A DNA stretch of 64,000 nt from Macrostomum lignano (lineage: Eukaryota): NCBI GenBank assembly GCA_002269645.1, contig NIVC01001476.1, positions 124,001-188,000 on the forward strand, in the 5' to 3' direction. The notes under the pieces were generated by a model. The model worked only from the letters and a program-made list of their open reading frames with translations. It was not told the DNA's origin and made no database searches. A program made the position numbers and the translations under genes. Below, in pieces: positions 47,601 through 64,000 of this stretch (within the stretch, counting starts at the first letter, position 1; every line of letters begins with the position of its first letter).

Positions 47601-50600
47601 ACTTTGTCTGTTTTGTCTGACAATGTCTGTTTATACCAACTGCTTGTCTAATTTAATTAATTATAGTTTGTATTACAAGGCAAAATTTGCAAATAAAAAA
47701 GATGTTTATAAACAATTAAAACAAGACTGTACATAAAGCAATAGGCTTAAAAACTAAAGACTAATTTAGACTAATTAAAGACTGTTTTAAAACTCACAGA
47801 TGCATGCCAAGAGCTTAAAAAAAGATATAAACATATGCCAAATAAGCAAATAACTTATAATAAGCAAATGTAAATAGGACACATGCTAATTGTCCTCAGA
47901 CTTCCTATAGTGCTACCAAATATATATTAATTATTATGTTTTAGATTAACTGTTAAAACTATAAATTAGAAGTTTAGCTTAGGAGAGAAAACTTGCATGA
48001 TTTTGTTGTTAGATATAAAAGAACTCTGTCTTGGAATTTAGCAAATAACAGATTAAGCATACTGTGAAATATTCATCCACCTATACTAAATGTCTAATTA
48101 TATACTATAAATGAGTTGTCTATATCTATCTAGCTATGTGATAGATTTCAGAAAAAAATGGCTCAACCAATTTTCTTCAAACTTGCACCATTTGATCAGA
48201 AATTTTCCTGGGATGGTACATGCATCTTGGCTAAGAAATTGCTCAATGTTAAAGGGATTAAATATTCTAAAAACATGCTTTTTGGAAAGGTCAAGCAGCT
48301 CTTTTGACCTGAAATGCATTGTAAAAATGCTAGAGAAAAACCTGACTGACTGAATTCTGATTGTGATAAATATTGCATCATAGCAAGTTGAAAACAATGC
48401 CAAAGAAAAGCACACAAGACTTGATTGAAATTGCATAACCATATTGCTAACTTAAATTGAGACTGATACTGGCTGACTGAGAAATTGATTATGTCATAAC
48501 TTTTTATTCTAACTAACTTGCTGTAAGTATTAAATTATAAGGGCCACAGTTCATGTTCTCAAATTGAAAAGAGATAGCCTAGATGCAAACAGATTGGACT
48601 GCTAATGTAGTGACCTGGGTTTGAATCTTAGTAGTGCAAAATAATTTTTTTATAAAAACCTTTAAAACACAAAATGCTAAACATAAAAGTGCTATGTCAA
48701 ACATAGAAGAGCCAATATGTCAAAGTGTCAAACATTAAAGAGCCACCATGCCAAACATAAAAGAGCCACCATGCCAAACATTAAAGAGCCACTATGCCAA
48801 ACATTAAAGAGCTACGATGTCAAACATATATTTGACTCCCATGTCAAACAAAAAAGCCACCATGTCAAACATTAAAGAGCCACCATGCCAAACATAAAAG
48901 AGCCACCATGCCAAACATTAAAGAGCCACTATGCCAAACATTAAAGAGCTACGATGTCAAACATATATTTGACTCCCATGTCAAAAAAAAGCCACCATGT
49001 CAAACATAAAAGAGCCACCATGTCAAACATAAAAGAGCAACCATGTCAAACATTAAAGAGCCACCATGCTGAACATTAAAGAGCTACCATGTCGAACATT
49101 AAAGAGCCACCATGTCAAACATAAAAGAACTACCATGTCAAACATAAAAGAGACGCCATTTCAAATGTAAAAAGAAGCTTCATGCCAAACATAAAGGAGC
49201 TACTATAAAGCTAAGGAAATTGTTGCATTAGCTAATTGTTGTCTTGGTGGATGCTTGCTATTTAAGTATAGATTATTGCTATTAGGGCGATGCTTGCTAT
49301 CTAGGGTAACTTGATATTGGAGGATGCTTGCTCTTGGGGTAGAGGGTACTTGCTATCTGAGAGGGGGTCACTATAGCTATCTATAAATTATATTCTTTGT
49401 ATACAAGGATATTTACAGTCTAGGGATGCTTGCAGTCAGGGTGATGCTTGCTATTTGGGGGATGCTTGCATGCTGTCTGGGGATGCTTGCATGCTGTTTG
49501 GGGATGCTTGCTGTCTTGGGATGTTTTCTTTTTAGAGGGAATGTCTGTTGTTTTTTCATTGTCTATTTGTTACTTGTAAAGAACAAAGATTCTATCCAGA
49601 AGTCCCCCATCAAGGGGCAAAGATTGCAAGTTATATTCTAATATTATTATATAATCTAGACTATGAATATTATAACTTTAAGTCTTGAAGCTTTTAGTAG
49701 ATTTTTTTTTATCTTTTATAAGCAAATTTTACTATTTCTAAGTTTTGCTTTATTGTACTTAATTATACATTGCTCCTTACTAACCAATAGTCAATAAGAA
49801 ACAATATATGCTAGAAATTTCTGGGATATACTTAAGAAATTTGGTGCATATGTTGGCATATGTAAGGTGATTAATTAATTCAAAGTTTTTAATTAATCAA
49901 TGATCTTTAACTAGAATAAACCAAAAATTTGATTTATTGCAGCGTCTTAATGCTTCAATCATTGACTCTGAAACTTTTATCACTTTTTGATGCATGTCTC
50001 AGTTTTTCAATGACATTTTAGACATATGATTGTCTTTTATATCTCTTAAGATATTTGCTTCTAAAAATGTGTTTGTAAAGGGTGCCATTGAATTTGTCTT
50101 TTGACACTTTGCATTCATATCATTATCTTTTTCTTTAGGATAGAAAATTTCTGCTTATTAAATGTTAAAGCTAAATGTGGCATCAGAGTAAAGATCATCC
50201 TGAAACATCAATTCATTTTTGTTTGAATTATCTATTTGAAGGGAAAAATATCTGTTGGGAAAATATCAAATACAATCCACTTTAGTACCAGCCAATTTGG
50301 TAACAGCCACTTCAGTAACAAAGTAGATTTATGACTGTCAATCAACATTTTACTTTTATAGTGATTAAGTTTAGCAATAATTAGTTTAATTTTAATAATT
50401 AATATCACAAATATCTTATTGCTATACATGGTTAAATTTTCTAGTTAAACTATATTATAATTATATTATAATGCTTTTTCTGCTTTTTTGACAATACTAA
50501 TATACAGCTTTGACTAAGCCTATTCCAATACATCATTAGGGTAGGGAGGGTCAGAGGTATTAAAATTATAGGTCTAACATATATGGCTATATAGGGCCTA

Positions 50601-50725
50601 GTCTATGCTATAAAAAATCTATGCACAAATAAAATCATAATTTGAACTCTACTCATTTAAAATAGATCACAACATTGCATACCTGCTAAGAGAAGAATAA
50701 CTACACTGAAATAAATCGACGTCAT
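29646..50725 (-). CDS. Single-pass Ig-superfamily adhesion protein (signal peptide, 3 Ig-like domains, TM, tail ending STAV); exons 50725-50683, 47414-46704, 45994-45710, 32011-31894, 30507-30420, 29759-29646 (452 aa)
   Basis: Signal exon MTSIYFSVVILLLA with donor GTATGC; Ig Cys pairs FEC..EYRC, IVC..IIC, DVC..ITC; TM ITIGIVIAVVVVFIVIVSGVAIAL followed by KRR; the last exon ends DDMPSTAV*. All joins are GT-AG and in phase (1359 nt). Extra small exons cannot be excluded. Confidence 0.75.
30705..31310. repeat. 20-bp minisatellite (C/T)ATGATGGTTGTGGGTT(C/T)NN, about 30 copies
   Basis: Direct reading; intron 30508-31893 of the Ig gene. Confidence 0.95.
32840..35150 (-). mobile_element. Possible decayed non-LTR retrotransposon (ORF1 zinc-knuckle and APE endonuclease remnants)
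   Basis: Minus-strand translations interrupted by stops: RS*KGEKFCLICGLEQFAEKNC (CX2CX4[H>F]X4C spacing, about 34370-34450) and, downstream, ARGINWLE..SPPTSDFGDRIDAALV..NPHSILV resembling the APE C-terminal half. No RT motifs were recognised. Confidence 0.35.
36230..38428. repeat. 34-bp GC-rich minisatellite GGCGGAT(CCT/GTT)GTGGCTTGGTTTCGGAAGGAAAGG, about 65 copies, with a 748-bp higher-order repeat
   Basis: Period 34 (36305 to 36339); diagnostic variants recur every 748 bp. Confidence 0.95.
40160..40525 (-). mobile_element. Second copy of the hAT/Charlie-like MITE family, with an unexpanded GA-rich core
   Basis: Reverse complement AAGGCCGGATAAAAATAATCTAACTCATGGCTGCGGGCCAGACAAGGGAGAGG aligns to 1246-1295, and AAGTTTCAAAAAACCTGAGGTCAGGATAGAGGCTT aligns to about 2240-2278. 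Confidence 0.6.
41262..42410. repeat. Compound (GTCT)n-based minisatellite with CACTGACTGCT spacers
   Basis: Direct reading; large intron of the Ig gene. Confidence 0.95.
43020..43540. repeat. Compound (CAGA)n-based minisatellite with ATACTTGCAGACAAGACGG spacers
   Basis: Direct reading; opposite strand polarity to 41262-42410. Confidence 0.95.
46048..46660. repeat. 30-bp minisatellite CAGGGATCTCACCCTTCACACAGAGAATGT, about 20 copies
   Basis: Direct reading; fills Ig-gene intron 45995-46703. Confidence 0.95.
48690..49200. repeat. About 23-bp degenerate repeat ATG(T/C)CAAACAT(T/A)AAAGAGCCACC, followed by GGATGCTTGCT repeats to about 49520
   Basis: Direct reading; AT-rich first intron of the Ig gene. 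Confidence 0.85.
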
Positions 50726-51549
50726 TCTTGCAGTTGTATTTGCGTACGCGTATTATTGATGCAATTGCAATTCAAGAATGAAACTAAATTCTATATTGAC
50801 TCCTTATTGAGTTTAAAAAGAAACCGATTATCGGCTCCTTACTCTCTAAAGATAATAAATCTCAGTAACAATTTTACAATACTGGTGACGTATGACGAAA
50901 GCTAGGGTCAAGCCAATCAATCATCGACCATCTACATGAAAATGTAATAATCGTGTTATAAAATACCGAATAAGTTACAATTAAAAAACGATTTTTTAGA
51001 AAAAATGGCTATAACAAAATGTTACTATTTTTTCGTATGCATTGTGCTCACTAGAAAATAAAAGCTATTGTATATTTTACTAACACTAAACTTGACATAA
51101 AATTATGTCCTATTTTATTACGTAAAGAGGTGAAATATATCAAGTGTCGTCCATAATGCCCCCGAGACGTAGGGCAAGTCAGTTTGACAACTTAATATTT
51201 CGAAAAAAGCAGATAATACAGATGAAGTCGTAAAGAAAGGCCTATGGTTTATAAGGGGGCACCGAAAATATATATAAAGGTTCAATATAAGTGTGGTCGA
51301 CAACAAACAGAAATTTTACAGTGGCATTTTATTTTTAGAAGCGCCGCTTCTACATCTCTCTGCTTGCTGTTCATCAATGTCAACAAGTTAAACGCACAGT
51401 TATCGCTGCCAAGTACTCGGATCTGCTTATTGCGCCCAACACCAAGGACTATACTAGCTAAAGTATATATACTACGTTTCTTTAATTAGTTGTCCTTGTT
51501 TAACACCTTTTTCGAGTCAATGGAAGAATTGTTGGTTAAAAGCCAAAAT

Positions 51550-52190
51550 TCATATGCATCGTCTATAGTAGTGGGACGCGGGCATCGGCTGTGTATGGAT
51601 GCTGCTGTCGAACACGGTGATGGTTAACGCCACACTGCTGCTTGTGCTGCGGCTATCTGGCCGCTCTGCATGCATGGCTACGCGCCAGTCGCCTATGCGT
51701 ATCAGGCGTTTAAGGCGTCGATCGTAGCGTGTACTTCCATCCTTCATTACTGTCCGTCCGTCTGTGATTGATCCTCACAATCGATGACGCAGCCGTGCTG
51801 AATAACTAAGTACAAGCCGTGCAACAGCAGACGCTTAAACAGACGCATACGCAGCTTGGTCCGATGCCAGCCAGCTAGCAATCGTTTTAGCTGGCGCATA
51901 TACTCTGCTGCACAGCTATATGATTCGCTTGCAATGCCTATAGTTCGCAGGATCCGTAATCGGGCCGCAGCGGCCTTATAAGCGGCCTTAATATATTTTG
52001 ACAGGGTCAATTCACAAAGCCTTCAAGGGCTTCGGCACGCGGCCGTCACCGGCTATCGACGACAAAGTATATATTAGCCATGCAGTCAAATTGCCTACGC
52101 CGCTGTGCAGCGAAAGTAAAACTCTCACCACACCCCGAATACTCTGCAGTGCGCTGAGACTGCAAACACAACAAATACCGGTGAGGCCTC
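51550..52190 (-). mobile_element. Possible degenerate LINE ORF2 3' fragment
   Basis: GC-richer island; minus-strand LSKYIKAAYKAAAARLRILRTIG resembles the post-RT region of LINEs. No catalytic motif was seen. Confidence 0.25.
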
Positions 52191-52940
52191 ATTAACTATA
52201 GTCATGACGTTGTACGTGCGCTACCACCCACTTGATAATAAGGTCAGCACGGACAAGTTCTAAGAATTTTTGGGCTTTCAGGAGGGGGAGCTAGAGAGCT
52301 ATGAGGGAGTGATCATCAAGCATGGGAGTCGGAGCTATAATTTAAACACATAGTAGGGCTACACGTATGCAAGCAATAAAACTGAAAATTACCCAACAAT
52401 AACAAGCTTCAGTGCAAACCAGAAGTGCAGTAAAATGTGGACCCAAAATGGGGCATTTTAAAACCGAGCTATTCCACTACTGACAAAAATTCTGAATTAT
52501 GCATTATTTTTGCTCGAAATCCTAATTTGATTCAGGGACTCACATTTTGTCATTTTATGCCATGCAGTATGACTGTTCCAGAAGAGATATCAGCAAGGTC
52601 TCTTACCTCAAACTAATGTAAATCAGACGAGTTTCCAAATCGCCTGCTTTACATTATTAGCAGCTCCTGTCAGCTGGTTGTCAAGAAAGCCGACAATTTG
52701 AAGCTCTGAGTATCTGACAAGTTCGGAACAGTGGCATCTGGTCTTCTCCCTATGGAGACGGCCTCACTCGGGAAGTGGACAGATAAGCAAGTAAATCAAA
52801 CTGCTCTAAGAGCTTTGAGAGCAAGAGACGAAAACAGAGGCGCAAAGCAGTGCTTGTAGCCAGATAAAATACGGCTGCTGTTCGGAGCCAGCCTTCATAG
52901 CAATTGAAGACTTCAAAGTCAAAAATCCTTGACTTACGCG

Positions 52941-54023
52941 ATGAATAACGGCACAAGCGTTAGCAACAGCAGTGAATGCATCGGCTGTCCTTGCCATGAA
53001 ATCCAGCAGGCGTGGGAAAACTACCACGCATGGTACCAGACCATCATCTGCTGCATCGGCGTCATTGCGAACGTGTTAATCCTGGCTACACTCCTGGCAG
53101 CTCGCATCAGCCATTCTTGCCACGTGTACGTGCTGGCGCTGACTCTGGCCGATCTGGTCTACTGCCTGTGCAGGCTAGCTATCTACCACTACAGCCGGCT
53201 GCCACAGGGAGTCATGGAACTGTGGCTCTGCCGAGCCCTTTTTACTGCCTACAATGTGGGCAGGGGCTTCGGCAACTGGCTCATGGTCCTGCTAGCCGCC
53301 GACCGGCTCCGCGTGGTGGCGTCGCCGCTGCGCACGCACGCCAAGGGGCGTCGAACGCAATTCGCGGTTGCCTGCACTGGCGCACTTTGCGTCACCGTGC
53401 TGGCAGTAAACTTGCCCAGATTTTTTTACACAGTGCAGTTTCGAGACGTGTACTATCAGGGCAAATGGTACATGCCCTACTGCTACCTGCTATTGACAGA
53501 TCTGTCTCTCGCTCTGCGAGGCGCTGAACTGGCGCTCACCATCCACGTCCCTGTCGTGGCCAACGCCGTGATAAACATTGTGCTCTGCTACTGCATCTGG
53601 GATATGCGGAAGCGCCGCAGGCGACTCTCCCAGGTCCCTAGCTCTGTGCGCCGGTCCCGACAGGCCACTTCATCAACTGACGACGCCGAGCGCCAGCTGA
53701 CTCAGATGCTCCTGGCAACCAGCATCATGCACAGCGTCTTCTCTCTGCCCATCGCCTGCCTGGAGGCCGTAAATCTGAAGCAGGCTTTCGTGAGAACCAA
53801 CGACTACTTCCTCTACCTGTGCATCAACTACGGCCTGAGCCTGTTCTATAGTTGGCAAGTGTTTATTAATTTGCCAATCTACCTGCTGTACAACACCGCG
53901 TTCAAGCAGCAGTTCCTGCGTCTTCTACTGCCCTGTTGCTTCCGCGGCGGAAACGATGGCGGCTTGCATAGCCGCAAAAATGTGCCAACAGTGGCTTCTA
54001 GCGTCAGCGAGACGAATATGTGA
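52941..54023 (+). CDS. Intronless class A (rhodopsin-like) GPCR, peptide-receptor type (FMRFamide/myosuppressin/srw-like orphan), 360 aa from ATG 52941
   Basis: N-glycosylation sites NGT and NSS; TM1 IGVIAN; TM2 YVLALTLADL; TM3 end LAADRL..VASPL; TM4 VNLPRFF; TM7 INLPIYLLYNTAFKQQF; seven hydrophobic segments. Confidence 0.9.
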   Translation: MNNGTSVSNSSECIGCPCHEIQQAWENYHAWYQTIICCIGVIANVLILATLLAARISHSCHVYVLALTLADLVYCLCRLAIYHYSRLPQGVMELWLCRALFTAYNVGRGFGNWLMVLLAADRLRVVASPLRTHAKGRRTQFAVACTGALCVTVLAVNLPRFFYTVQFRDVYYQGKWYMPYCYLLLTDLSLALRGAELALTIHVPVVANAVINIVLCYCIWDMRKRRRRLSQVPSSVRRSRQATSSTDDAERQLTQMLLATSIMHSVFSLPIACLEAVNLKQAFVRTNDYFLYLCINYGLSLFYSWQVFINLPIYLLYNTAFKQQFLRLLLPCCFRGGNDGGLHSRKNVPTVASSVSETNM

Positions 54024-55209
54024 CAAATATGTGACATCGAAGTGGTGTGCTAGCCGCAGTGTAGAACAGACCTAATAAATTAACTAAATAAGCTAATTAA
54101 AGCAGGTCTGAGTCTAAGTCGGGTCTGTATATATCTTCCATAAAGAAATCTGTGCAAAAATGTAACCATTTTTTTTCGCTCTCTCTTTTAAAGTGTGAGT
54201 TTAAATACACCATGAAAGGTACGAAATTTGTTTTATTAACTTCGGTAAACGAAATAGTAAAAATAAATTAATAAGTAAGTATAAAAATCGATATGATTTG
54301 ATACATCATCAAGAAATACTCTAAAACAACTCTGGAGTTTATGGCTCTTTATTTTTTCCTAGCAAAATAGTGATTCCTGAAACTGCCAGCAGACCTGCTA
54401 GCACCTGTCACTCCTGCTCTACCGAAACTGCCAGCAGACCTGCTAGCACCTGTCACTCTCTGCGACCTCCAGCTGCGAGAAACTTGTCGCTCGCTCCTGC
54501 TCACAGGCACCCCATGATCTGCTAGAAGATTTTCAGCCTTTGAGCAAGCACACTATCAATCAATTATTAACTTACAACCATATCAAATAAAAATTTAAAA
54601 GACTGAAATTTCTTCCCTTGTGTCAAGTCCTTTTCAAATGATGACTTAAATTTTCATAGTTGAGATTATAATCGTCAAAAAACTGTCAAGAAATATTTAT
54701 ATCAATATTTATAATTAAGATTCAGTCAATAATTCCAACTATAAGATTCACGGACAACCATAGTAACGATGGGTGAGCAAAATTTGATTAATTTGTAATC
54801 GATAAGCGACCTGAACAATAAATGAAAACAAATCAGATTGGGAGATTCAAGATTTCAAAAATAAATAATCGAGTCAGGTAAAACACAGCTTCCAGCAAAG
54901 GCAGCTCATTGATATATAAGAGTTGGGCGCAGAAGCCAGCAAAGTCTGTCAGTATAACAATGAAAAGTTTAAAGTGCAACTTAGGAAGTTAATCAAGAAT
55001 CAAGTTAATCTCAGTGTCCCTACTATGGCTCACTCGTACAGATTTTGTCAGAATTTGTTTTTTTCTTGATCTTAGTTAGCTAGCTAATGTTCAAATGAGA
55101 TTACTCAAGTTACTTATGAGAGGCAGCAAACGAAGTCTAGTATATTGTGACAAGCAATGTCAGCTAAGCAACACAAAAATCTTTGATTCACATCCTCGCT
55201 CGTAGCAAC

Positions 55210-63794
<8,585 letters not shown>

Positions 63795-64000
63795 CTGTGG
63801 GCGGCGTGAGTGTCGCTTTTGAGGCGCGGGAGAAACCGATAATAAAACTTGGGGTGGCGTTGGCGGAGACGATGGAGAGAAAGAGAGAGAGAGGCCTTCG
63901 CCTATTGCAGGACTGTGTGGGGCTGGAGTGGAAACTCACCCGGTGAGGGCTTGGAATTCTGCAGTGAGCAGAGGGTGTGCGCAGCAAACTCGGGGTCGGC

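Noticed and set aside
48575-48630. tRNA-like fragment TAGCCTAG..TTGGACTGCTAA..GGGTTTGAATC
   Set aside because: Too degenerate; at best an eroded SINE head, and cannot be supported.

Overview
Eukaryotic (animal) genomic DNA, not prokaryotic. GC-rich exons, GT-AG introns as short as 69 bp, and larger introns packed with tandem repeats suggest a free-living flatworm such as Macrostomum; this is an inference and cannot be confirmed here. Six spliced or single-exon genes can be assembled by hand: (1) a 5'-partial NACHT-WD40 (NWD1/NWD2-like) gene, + strand, to 7213; (2) an SLC16/MCT-family MFS transporter, 9625-20431 +; (3) a TMED7-like p24 protein, 21638-23690 +; (4) a three-Ig, single-pass adhesion protein ending in a PDZ-type motif, 29646-50725 -; (5) an intronless class A peptide-type GPCR, 52941-54023 +; (6) TRPA1, 55210-63794 -, with a 24-nt microexon and a cluster of frameshifts around S1-S2. 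About twenty unrelated tandem arrays are present, including a 6.4-kb (AACC)n tract and a 34-bp minisatellite with a 748-bp higher-order repeat. Mobile DNA includes a CORE-type SINE, three copies of a hAT/Charlie-like MITE family, a TA-flanked MITE, decayed LINE-like remnants and a dispersed CAAGGACTACTA palindrome family. All very long ORFs in the supplied track are repeat artefacts. No clearly new biological system is demonstrated; the best leads are listed as findings.
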